From NCBI GenBank assembly GCA_964016885.1, contig OZ024746.1, positions 84,382,001 to 84,446,000 of the forward strand: DNA of 64,000 nt, in the 5' to 3' direction. The notes below the pieces were generated by a model. It worked only from the letters and a program-made list of their open reading frames with translations, was not told the DNA's origin and ran no database searches. Position 1 is the first letter of the stretch, and each line of letters opens with the position of its first letter. Of the stretch, positions 39,962 to 52,098 are shown one piece after another. The stretch is from Eledone cirrhosa (taxonomy: Eukaryota). The position numbers were made by a program, and so were the translations under genes.

Positions 39962-41461
39962 GATTAAGTTGTTAATTAAGTGAGTGTCTTCAATAGCAAA
40001 AATGTTTACTGGCAGTAACTGTCTTACTTGCTTTCTTTCCGTTTCACCTTTTTTCCTTTCTTTCTGAAGGGAGTTGATCAGACTGTTGTATATGTTGATT
40101 AACTGAAATTAGTTAAACTGATCTAGAAAGACAGCCTTCTGTTGCCTTCAATGAGGCTTGACACAAGTGCCCAGCACAACACTTGTACTCCCCCAGCCCT
40201 ATGAAAAAAAATAAAGAAAAATTAATAAAATAGGTAAAGAAAATATTACAATAATGTTTAAATGATTGATTCTTAAACATTTTTTTTTTATTTTGGCAAG
40301 GCTCATAAGAAACTGTTATACATTAGTGCATGGAACTGTGTCAGTGACCAAGTTGTAGAGAGTGCAACAGAAATTTTGGCACTAGGAAATAAATGTTATT
40401 AAAGTTAACAGTTTTCGTCCAGTACTTGCTTTAGTTTGACACATGATTTTAGATCAAGTCATTCTCCAAGCAAGCATGACTCTGAAACTTTAATATACAT
40501 TCGTAAATAACCATCAATTTGTTATTATTTAGCCTCAGACCAGCTCATGATCGAGCCAACCTATGATCAAATGTGTTCAGGGTGCCATCATCTAGTCATT
40601 TTTATTTTTAGACATAGTATATTTAAGACTATATCATCTTGGATACATATGTCTCCTTTTTAAAACGGTTGGCTATGATATGAAGAAGATATGACTGCTA
40701 TTTCATCAAGTTGAATGATCCAAAATAGGCTTCTTTCTTTGCTCATAATAATCTATTTCTTTTGACTATGTACAATGGTCTTACGATTAACGGAATGAGG
40801 ATTAAAATTTAACCCTAAACTCAATGATGAAAACTGGTTCTAGGAACTAAGTGTACATTATGTCAGTGAAGCTGAAGTTAGAAAGGATGTATAGACGCTA
40901 CATGTCCCCTTCCTCCAGAAGAAACTAAAATGTAAAGGAATGCTGTCCTCCTTGGGTACTTCCCCCTATTTCCACCCCAAGCCCGTCACCAGGTTTGGGT
41001 GTTCAGTCGGACTTTAGAGCATTCTGGGTAGGCAGGTGGGCACTCTAATTTACAGTAATTCTAAGGCGGATTCTTGGAATAAACATATCACTGTCACTTT
41101 TTCTAAATCTGAGGGTACACCATTTAAAAGTGTGTGTGTGGGGGGGGGGGGGGGGAGCGTAATCGATTTCCCCACATCACTTCCATCACATGCCTCACCC
41201 CGGCGACGGCCCCGCCTAATCGAATCCTTAACCAATAATAGATATCATAATTTATGTTAAATATTACTGCTTGTGTAAAATCCCAAATTATTTATTTTGA
41301 AAAAAATTGTTTCAAATTGTCAAATCCGAGATTCCCCATAGATCTGTTTAAATCAAATTGGGGGATAAACATAAATGCCTTGCAACTTGATGTTCTAGAA
41401 ATAACAACGAAATTACTAACATTGTTGATTTCTTAGAAATACAGTATAAGATATGGTAAAT

Positions 41462-42155
41462 TTATAGAAAGACACCTCCACCGATTTCAGTGAGAAATAA
41501 TTTTATTATTATTATTATTATTTTTCCGTATTAACTTTGCCTTTCGTCCTTACGGGGTCGATAAAATGAAGTACCAGTAATGTACTGGGATAATTGCTGG
41601 CTTTGTGCCAAATGTAGAAACAATTATTATTTTTCCGTATTTTTTTACCTCATAATATGATACAACAGACTTTTGCCCCAAAAAAGAGAGGACCCTCGAA
41701 CTTTTCAGAACACTCGCCTCCGAGTTTTTTTCCCCTCCGTTTTCCCGTGTGCTACCAACTAATGTGAATTCCGAACGTGATGCAAAGGACTTTTTCCCCA
41801 GAAAACGGAGGGGCGGAGGAGAGCCTCGGACCTCCCCCACCCACCACCGGAGTTTTCTTTACCCCCAGTTTTCTAACTCCTGGGGAGGGGTGCGTGAAAA
41901 TGCCAAGGGTCTCTCTCCCTCCGTTTACAAAAGAAAAAGTCCTTTGCAGCATGTTCGGAGGGAAGATTAGCTAGTAGCACACAAAAAAAAAAAAAAAATA
42001 AATAATAGTAAAGAAAACTCGAGAGGACGAGGGTGAAAAGTCCAGGGTCCCCCCTCCCTTTTTCTTAGAATCATATTATGAGGTAAGTTTAATTGGTAGC
42101 ACAAAAAAAAAAAATTATTTTCCCACAGAAAATCGGTGGAGGTGTCTTTCTATAA
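41462..42155. mobile_element. Fold-back/MITE-like DNA element with nested SINE
   Basis: Perfect 26-bp TIR TTATAGAAAGACACCTCCACCGATTT; internal inverted blocks TTACCTCATAATATGAT and GTGCTACCAA; SINE piece at about 41531-41628. Confidence 0.7.
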
Positions 42156-42211
42156 TAATACAAAAGATTTATTGGAGTAGTTAAGTTGTAACATTAATGC
42201 GTTGTAGCATT

Positions 42212-43598
42212 ATTACGTCAAATAGCTCTAGTCAAAATTCGAAATCAGAAACCGGGTTGTCAACACATGCGGTACGTTGATAGTGTATTCCTTTCGTAAT
42301 CTACAAACCACGCTGCTTTCTGAAGTGACGTAATAAAAAAAAGTAGGGCAGCGTAGTTGGTACAAAAGCACTAATAAATAGACCAGACTAGATATGTTAT
42401 GCTGTCTAATTCGATAATTCAGAGTTGGAATTCAAGTGTGCTTGACTTCGTCGAACATCCATAGGGCAGCGATAGTAGTAAATATCAGAAATATCAACAA
42501 AATTCATTCCCCGAACTAAACACATTCTCTCCCTCTCTCTATATGAACATCGGCATTATTATGACGAAACGAGCAAATTGTTGCATGAGAATGTATGTAT
42601 GATCGATATAATCGATATCAGAAGTACGTATTTATCGATGAAAGGCCAACTCGACCCTGGTGGAATATGAACCCAAAATATAACAGAAGTAGAGAAGGAG
42701 AGATATTTTATAGAACATTATTAAATAAATATTGATATGTAGTATCTACGTTAAAATGAATTAGAAAAAAAAAATTCTCATGCAAAGTAGATTACAAGGT
42801 GTGCGTGGATATAGACTCACACATATACATATATAGATATATAGAGAGAGATAATATATATATATATATATATATGGGGTTTGTAATGTGTACCTCCCAA
42901 ACATAATGCTAAACAGTCATTATAAATATTATTATGATCATCTGTGTTGGACGCACACATTTCAAAATTTCCCAATGCTTCCTAAGTCTACCGCTTCGTT
43001 TATATATATATATATGAAAATTAACAGAAGACAAGACAACGAACAAGGCAAAACGAATATCCCACTACTAAAATATGCACTTGAACTTGTCATTCAGAAA
43101 TGACAATTTAGAATTATTTTTTCAAGCAGGTAGGAGGGAAGGGCGAGGTGGCATTTTTTTTTTTCTCTCTTTGATTACTGAGATTCCTAGCAATAATTAA
43201 TTGTATTATTTGTGTTTATATTTTCATTCTGAAAGAATTATAAACAATTTGTAACGTTATTCATACAACTGTGAATAAAATATATAGATGACGTTTTAAA
43301 AAAAATTAATACAGATGACAGTCATGCTAACAAAAAAAGAGAAGAAAATACAAATTAAATAACAGAATTTTTTTTTTTTTCTTCATGTTAAGAGTTTAGG
43401 GACGTGTCATTGATAAATATTGCCAAAAATACTAATAGAATTTGATCGAAAGCCAAAAATAATAAAGAAAATTATGAAAAGCGTGGGGGAGAAATTATAA
43501 CATGTGTTACCTCTTGTCAGTCCTTATACGTCACTGGCTATATAACAACACCAACACGGATATGGTGCAATCAAAAGTTATTTTTAGTTTTGACGTCA
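42212..43598. promoter_or_regulatory. Cluster of CRE / C/EBP-ATF-like sites upstream of the bZIP gene
   Basis: ATTACGTCA 42212, TTTCGTAAT 42292, TGACGTAAT 42326, TACGTCA near 43527, TGGTGCAAT 43563, TGACGTCA 43591. Confidence 0.4.
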
Positions 43599-43938
43599 AT
43601 TATATCCAATAAAATACAACTCTCCATCAACTTTCTCACTATCTCTCTAAATCTTCCCTCTCTCTCATCTCTGTCTCTCTCTCTTTTTTCTCTTTATCTT
43701 CCCTCTCTCTCTCTTCATTTAGCCACATGACCCGCTAGAAATAGCAGCCAAATATTTCCCTAACTTTAGAAAATAAATAAATAAACACACTGTATGATGA
43801 AATCTGAGGTACAACTATTTATTATAAAAAAGAAAAAAGATGGCTTGGTCATGGGTTGAAAACCTTTCATCATACATAAGTTCGATCATATCTACCTAAA
43901 GGTAAAAACTTCAAAATTATATCGTATTGTATTGTAAG

Positions 43939-43978
<40 letters not shown>

Positions 43979-44540
43979 TACTTTGAACGTTGTCAATAAA
44001 AACACACGCACCAGTTCATGTTTCACTTCGGTTTCAATGGCAACATGACACCCCCAAAATGTAATTTCAGTTTCAATACGATTTCACATCAATAATCTTG
44101 CCAAAACAAATACAAAAACGAAGTGTGTGTGTGTCATACACACCCACAAGAGGCTATTTGTTTAAAGTTCAATTATTGCTGAGGTCAACTACGCCTTTCA
44201 TCTTTCTGTAATCAATATAAGTACCAACTATCGAAGTTGATTTGTAGTAAGCTAAAATCTATAGATTTAATCGATTAAACCCCATACTAAAAAAATGTGC
44301 AGACTCGTGTATATTTTAGAAATTAGTGTATATATATATATATATATATATATGGGAAAAAGTTTAACTCTGAAATAGTCCAGAAATAGCCGTCGAAACG
44401 GCTTGAGCTCTGCCGTTGGGGTTAAACTTTTTCCTATTACCCACTCTACTACCCTAAGTATTGAGTACTCTTGTGCGTTATGGTCCATCTGGTTCCTTAC
44501 CACACCTCCTTCGTTATATATATATATATATATATACATA

Positions 44541-44628
44541 CAGGGTGTTCCAAAAAGTGTAAACACACCTAATAAATATTGCCTGTACAGGTAATCAAAG
44601 TGTGAATATATGTTTTTAGGAGACCCTG
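44541..44628. mobile_element. Tc1/mariner-type mini MITE
   Basis: TA|CAGGGTGTTCCAAAAA ... TTTTTAGGAGACCCTG|TA. Confidence 0.6.
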
Positions 44629-44758
44629 TATATAAAACCGATGGCGTTTTATTCAATATGTATACATATACATATATATACACGCACGTATGCAATCGTT
44701 TATGTATATCACCGTGTTCAATAGGTACAGTTTATTCTTTTTATTTTACTGTATTTGA

Positions 44759-44806
<48 letters not shown>

Positions 44807-44879
44807 CGCGCGTTGATGTTCTCTCTCTTTCACTCACTACCCCCGTCTCTCTCGCTCTCCCCATCTCTCACTATTATGT

Positions 44880-45195
44880 GCAACTGGGAGTCCAGGCGCC
44901 GGCGGGTCACGGTCACGGTGGACAGAATAGAGAAGGCGTTTCCCTGGAGGTTGGTGAGGGAGACGCATTGGAAGAACCATTCCAACTCGCGAAGCTCACA
45001 CCTGTGGGTCGCCAGCTCCGTGCTGATGGTAGTGTGTAGGGAGGTGGTCCTATGCCAAGAACACCAGAAGTCTCAACTGACATGGGCTCGATCGCAAACC
45101 TGTCAGAGAGCAACTGATATTTGGAGAGTTTAAACTCATCGGCCCGAAGTACAGCAGAGCCTGGATTAGCCACAGACTGCACAGGTTGCCACTGG
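44880..45195 (-). mobile_element. CRE-like non-LTR retrotransposon endonuclease/C-terminal fragment between microsatellites
   Basis: [36 protein letters not shown] and WFFQCVSL..QGNAFSIL, matching the K..KY...P...ET.G and QRGNA motifs. Confidence 0.7.
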
Positions 45196-45206
45196 AGAAA
45201 TATATA

Positions 45207-45285
<79 letters not shown>

Positions 45286-45382
45286 GAGATAAAATCTCGA
45301 CCGCAACACCAAGTGGGTTCAACTTGTGTTCAGCAAACATATACGAGGGTTATACAAACATTACATACACCCCACACACATG

Positions 45383-45500
<118 letters not shown>

Positions 45501-45845
45501 AAGAGAGAGAGAGAGAGATTACATACACCATACACACATGCATATATATTAGAAAATTTAAAATATATTTAATGTATATTTTTTTTTTAATTAGAAGCCT
45601 TTAATGAAAAAATGAAGTGTAAACACTTATCTATTTCCTTTAATAGAGAAAATCATAAGGAATTATATTTATGCATTTCAAAGAAATTTGTCTGCTCATC
45701 TGAAGATAACTTTATTTATAGCATCAATTTGTCATGTATATATATATACATATATATAGTAATAATAATAAATTTGAAGACTAAAATCCAAAGAGGGCTC
45801 GATAAGGATGAATATATATCAAATATATAAGAACCGTCGAGCAAA

Positions 45846-46107
45846 TATTTATTAAAATAACAGGATTAAAGTTTAAGCAAAGAATCGCTGCTTTCACCCT
45901 TAACGGGATCTTCTGAAACTAACAAAGTCAATCTGTAAACGCAGAAGTGGATATTTAAAAAAACGTTGCAACCGGAGGAAGACAGGAAGACGATACTTTG
46001 GTTCCTTAAATAAATACATACACGCAAACAAATACGTACATACACAAGCATTAAGGGTGAAAGCAGCGATTCTTTGCTTAAACTTTAATCTGTTATTTTA
46101 ATAAATA
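45846..46107. repeat. Inverted repeat, about 57-bp arms (45846-45903 / 46051-46107)
   Basis: Arms identical except for a 1-nt indel; right arm runs into (TA)n. Confidence 0.9.
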
Positions 46108-46114
46108 TATATAC

Positions 46115-46178
<64 letters not shown>

Positions 46179-46373
46179 AGAGAGAGAGAGAGAGAAAGAG
46201 AGATTGCGGTGGGCAGAGAATTGGCAGAGTCATTAGCACATTGGTTAGAATACTTTGCAGGATTCATTTTGGTTCTCTGTGCTCTGTGTTCCTGACATGC
46301 TGTATGTCACTCTATCAGGAGCGGTCTATAATATAAAAGTAAGATTGATTTTTTTAATATCCCACATAGGTAA

Positions 46374-46651
46374 AAATATAGGAAAAAGAAGTTGAAAATG
46401 CAATAGAAGTCTTTAAAAAGATTTATTTACAATCATTTTACTGGTTTCACAGTTGCATGATTTTCAAAAGTTAATTGAGATTTAGAGAGATGTGTGGTAA
46501 TGCCATAATAATGTTTCATTATGGCATTGCCACACATCTCTCCATCTCAATTAATTTTTGAAAATCATCCAGCTGTGAAACCAATAGAGCGATTGTAAAT
46601 AAATCTTCTTAAAGACTTCAATTGCATTTTTAACTTCTTTTTCCTATATTT
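46374..46651. repeat. Imperfect ~280-bp palindrome, probable old Penelope-like terminal repeat
   Basis: AAATATAGGAAAAAGAAGTT...GCCATAAT / ATTATGGC...AACTTCTTTTTCCTATATTT; decayed hammerhead-like TTGAAAA-TCA..TGT-GAAACC in both arms. Confidence 0.8.
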
Positions 46652-47499
46652 ATATAAAATAGAAATAGAAGCTTTCACCGTGTTTTTGACTAAGGACATT
46701 TTAGCCTGATAGTGGGGCTTAGAACCCTCTAAGGAATGGAAAAGGAGGAGTATTGATGTACATATATATACATACATATATATATATATATATATATTCA
46801 TGTCCCAATACATTGACCAAACCTCACATATAATGGGGCCCACCCAGTTTCACACTGTAAATGTGATTGGTGTTAGGAAGGGCATCCAGCTGTAAAACAA
46901 CCCAGCTAAAATAGTTCTGTTTGAGCAAGGTATGTTGTGGCCAATTGGCACATAACAAGACCACCCAGTTTCACACTGTAAATCTGGTTGGTGTTAAGAA
47001 GGACATCCAGCTGTAAAAAACCCCAGCCAAAATAGAGTTCTGTTAGAGCAAAGTACGGTGCGACCAACGGGCCAGACTCATCTCATAACATGGATGACCC
47101 AATTAACCCATGAAAGCATGGAAAATAAAACGTTAAACGGTGATGATCATATATAAATATACACATAAACATGCAATTTGTTATATATGTATATTTTATA
47201 TACATATGCTCATCATCAAACATATATTTATTATTTCATTTAAAGAGGTTGAGTAAAAAGCAAGAGAAGCAGTGAGAAAGGAGGAGAGATCTCTGGAAGT
47301 AAGCAATCCTGTGTAGGTCATCAGAGAGTAATCAATAAGAAATTATAGATAACTTCAACAAACACATGAAACAAAACACAAACTTTGTTGTCAGAAACAA
47401 CAATGTATGTTGCTTTGGTTACACCATGCATGTAAATATTTATGCATGTTAGATATGTGTTTATGTGTATTTTATAAATTACACACACACATATATACA

Positions 47500-49006
47500 T
47501 AAGAGGGTGGGCTGAAAAGTTCAAAGGCTGACTATGAAAGAGTGATGTGAAATCTTACATACATTAATTTCAATTCTTCTTATTAATAACTGCATTATTT
47601 CTTTCCAGATAAACTGCCATCTGAATGTTTAAAGACTTCTAAAGTAACTTGTAGCTACTTCTCTTGAAAAATGGATAAAATTTGGTTTTGTGAAGCACCT
47701 GCAGAAAAAGGGTTTAGCCCTCCCAGGACATTCATGTTGACATGGTTGTGACATTAGGGGATGATGCTCCAGCTTTATCAACAGTGGTCAGCTGAAATAG
47801 GGGAAGGGAGAGTCTTGAAGATGACTCAAGGTCTGGACGTACTGCAACTGCCACTACTGAGAAAAAACATTGATTGTGTTCATCACATGGTGATGGATGA
47901 CTATAAATCAAATAGCCAATGCTATTAGCATATCCTGAGAGAGTTGAGAATATTCTGCACATTGAACTTGGTATGGTGAAGGTTTCTGCTTGATAGGTGC
48001 CACGTCTTCTGACATCTGATCAAAAGCACACCAGGCTGATCACATCACTCGAAAATCTGACATTGTTTGAGGCAGATCCAGCTGGTTTTCTTGAACATTT
48101 CTTAACTCAGGATGAGAGTTGGGTTCATCATTTTGAGCCAGAGACAAAGAGACAATCCATGCAGTGAAAACATGCCTCCTCACCTGCTCCAAAAAAGGCC
48201 AAGATTGTTTCATCTGCAGGGAAGGTAATGGTCTCAGTTTTTTGGGATGCAAAAGGCATTGTGTTTCTTGACTATCTTCAAAAGGGCCACACCATCAATG
48301 GAGAGTACTATGCCAACTTACTGAGGTAGTTATGAAAAGCTATCAAGACCAAACACCAAGGTTTATAAAGGGCATTCAGTAGTTGTAAAAACCCAGCCAA
48401 AACACAGTTCCGCGGGGAACAAGGTACAGCACGAAAGGGTCTTGTTTCATCAGAACAATGCTCTAGCACACAAGTTCTTGGTTTCAACGACTGCTGTGTA
48501 TGACTGTGGCTTTGAACTGGTTGAACACCCTCCCTATTCTCCTGCTTTGGCCCCATCCAACTATCATCTGTTCCCCAACATGAAAAACACTTGGCTGAGA
48601 ACTAGCATCGCAGTAATAATTGTTTCTACTTTTGGCACAAGGCCAGCAATTAGCCAGTACATTACTGGTACTTTATTTTATCGACCCCGTAAGGATGAAA
48701 GGCAAAGTTAACTTCGGCGGGATTTGAACTCAGACTGTAAAGGGACGTAACTATGCTAGAAAGCATGGCGTCCGACCCTCTACCGATACTGCCAATCCAT
48801 CACCCTAATAATGACATCATATCTTCTGTTAATGACTTTTTTTTATCAACAAGAAGAAAGCTTCTTCCTCAATGAGATCTAAGCACTGCAATACCAATGG
48901 AAGAAGTGTGTGGACTGCAAGAGGGACTATGTTGAAAAAAAAACTCATTTGGTCACATTCCATGAGAATATCTTGTAAAGCCTATGAACTTTTCAGCCGA
49001 CCCTTA
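47500..49006 (+). mobile_element. mariner (irritans/Hsmar2-like) DNA transposon, full length but pseudogenised
   Basis: TIRs AGGGTGGGCTGAAAAGTTC / GAACTTTTCAGCCGACCCT; transposase remnants VPRLLT, DESWVHHFEPETKRQSMQ, HPPYSPALAPSNYHLF; nested SINE 48620-48806. Confidence 0.92.
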
Positions 49007-49680
49007 TGTATATACATATATGTGTATATATATATATACACATATATGTATATACATAAGGGTCGGCTGAAAAGTTCATATATACACATATATGTATATA
49101 CATAAGGGTCGGCTGAAAAGTTCATAGGCTGACCAAGATATTCTCATGGAATGTGACCAAATGAGTTTTTTTTTCAACATAGTCCCTCTTGCAGTTCACA
49201 TATATGTGTGTGTGTATGTATCAGCATGTGAGTGTGTGTATGTGTTAATTTATAATGTGTATACACACACCATGCCTAACCAAAAAAAATCTTTTTCCAC
49301 CACCTCCACCCCCACCTTAAACTCTTCCTCACCTCTCTTCTCCCCACCCTTGCTACCTTTAACTTGCACTTCAACTTTGATACCTCATTTTCACTAAAAC
49401 CCTGCATTCTAGTCACGTCAATTTCCTCAGCTGCTTCCTTTAACTCCATTTCATACACACCTGGACTCTCTTCCATGGCCTCCACTCCCTAATGCTGGAC
49501 CATTCTCCTACCACCTCCAACCTTCTTAAAATCTTGTTTCCAAACTCTGAGGTTCCAACCTGTTCTCTCTACCTCCAAATTCCCCCTTTTATGAAGAAGA
49601 ACTTATGTCTAAAGTACAGAACCCTCCTCAACTTCCTCCTAACAAAGCGTGATACTAATATGTTTGGGATGTCATTTCTT

Positions 49681-49762
<82 letters not shown>

Positions 49763-50458
49763 ACATAATTCAGTAATCTTATATGTAAATATATAAATTA
49801 TGTATTACATGTCTCAGTAGTTAAGTTGTACTAAATCTATGAAATATGATTTGGCTGATAACTTATTGAGTAAGAACACTCACTCCCAATACACACATGC
49901 ATTTAAGCAAATACACACACTGTAGAATATGATTAAGTTCTGTTTTGATCTTTTAAAAAGCTCTCAGGTGAAATGCATGTCTGGAGTCAAAGATTTATGG
50001 GCAAAATGCCATTCAATATTCAGTTTTTATAAGGTCAGTGGACTTGCAAAATCGTTAGAGCATCAGACAAAATGCTTTGTAGCATTTAGTTAGTCTTTTA
50101 TGTTCTGAATTCAAATTTTACTGAAGTCACCTTTGCCTTTCATCTTTCTAGGAGTGAGAAAATCCTTAATTTCTTCTGTATGTGTACATGCCAGAGAAAT
50201 GAATTGTGAAGCAAATATCTTAACCACTCTGTCAGACATTGTAAGTCAGTAAAATTAAGAAATAAGCATGTAGACATAAAAAACTGTGTTCAAAATTTTA
50301 TTTCTTTTTAGTACAACAAAATATATAAAAAAATATTCAGACTTGTTTAAAACAAAAATGAACAGTTATATTTTATTTTACATATGAATAAATGACTAAA
50401 TCCACTTTTTCTCATTTTTTTCCACACATATACACAGTTATTTACACTTAACAATTAT

Positions 50459-50811
50459 TCACGATACATTCTGATGACATTGTTTAATGTGTTCATAAAT
50501 AGAATGAAGGTCATTGCTCTTCATTGCACATATGGGACAAGGTATATCATTAGATTTTGCATGCTGTCGAGCCAAATGGAGATATAAGTGATCCTTCCGG
50601 TGGAAAGCTCTCTTACAGATAATGCACCGATGTCTTTTCTCTCTATGAAGCCACTTATGTCGTGACAAAGAGGAGAGACATCTGAAAACTTTTCCACATG
50701 TCTGGCATACAAACTTTCCTCTTGGATTATTACTATTTGAATTATTGGAAACTTTGCTTGAACTAAGAACAGCAGGAACAGACTTTTTATTGCGTCCAGT
50801 GGTGGATGTCA
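50459..50811 (-). CDS. C2H2 zinc-finger gene, alternative terminal exon B (3 fingers)
   Basis: TTTTCAG|TG phase-1 acceptor; [65 protein letters not shown]; AATAAA near 50298-50303. Confidence 0.85.
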
Positions 50812-52067
50812 CTGAAAATAATAAAAAAGAATTATACATATATATGAATATATATATATATATATATATACATATATATATACACACACACACACATACA
50901 TACATACATATATATATATATACACGTGTGTATATATATATATATACGCGTGTATATATATATATACACACGTGTATATGTATCTACACGTGTGTGTGTT
51001 TGAGTGTTTGCATGGATGTATGTACATATATTCAACACAAGAAATGTTTCCTATGCAAATGATTCAATTGTCTCTTCTACATGTAACTATGATATCTCTT
51101 CTTCTTATCCATTTAACAACAAATGCATTTTAAAAGCTATGCTAAAGTCTTTCCAGTTGCCAATACTGGTTCAAAATCCTACATTAGACTTACTGAATAA
51201 TCCTTTAAAACCAAGTATTACCAACACATTCGTGTCTTCACCTTAAAGAAGACATATCACTTCAGTATCCAAGTATACTTGGAGCTCAAAGGACATAAAG
51301 ACCACTGCTTTAAAATACAGTTGACAATTCTTGGCTATGCTTCTCTATCTATCTACTCATGGTATGTACCATTCAAATTTCCAATGGCCCTTTATTTCAT
51401 TTTATTGCAGGATTCTAAGGGTTTATACAAGAAGTTTGACAGTAGTTTTTCTTAAAAAATGTTTTCTATATATGTCAATCATTAATTATCTATCTATTTA
51501 CTTACACTAGTTGTATTTCAAAAAATGAATTTGTTCGTTTACTTATCAGTTTCAGTCACGTTCATAATGTCATTTCATAAAAAGATATGTATATTTTAAA
51601 AATACATTTTTCTGTTAATGCCATCTGTCATGACAAAAAGCACCCATCCCACACTGTAAATGTGGTTGGCATTAGAAAAGGAATCCAGCTGTAGAAATCT
51701 AGCCAGAAACAGGTCTATATGAGCAAGACACGGTCACCTGACCTGACTTGCCTCAAATGGGATAAACGGTCTAACCCATGCTAGCATGGAAAATGGACAT
51801 TAAACAATAATGATGATGATGATGATGATGTTTTGTCAGTCAATGAGAAAAATTTTGTTTATTCAAAAATTTTGCATTTCTATTCATGTATTTTGTGTTT
51901 ATGTTTCATTTTTCAATTATCATCCAAATATTGGCAACAAAAATCTAGGACAAACAATTTGACAAGTTTCAGCTTCATATAAAGTATAAACTCTACTTCT
52001 TGTAATGAGTACTTTCTTCCTCCAACTATTTACACTCGCATCTATTTATCAACATATGTATGAATAA

Positions 52068-52098
<31 letters not shown>

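Noticed and set aside
35768-40198. bZIP exons as a third alternative ending of the zinc-finger gene
   Set aside because: The terminal bZIP exon is phase 0 whereas the common exon ends in phase 1, and the 40198 exon has stops in all three frames; a direct splice to 39188 is formally in frame but unsupported, and the bZIP has its own ATG exon
41036-41974. GC-rich short ORFs on both strands
   Set aside because: Largely within a fold-back element or SINE, with no domain similarity
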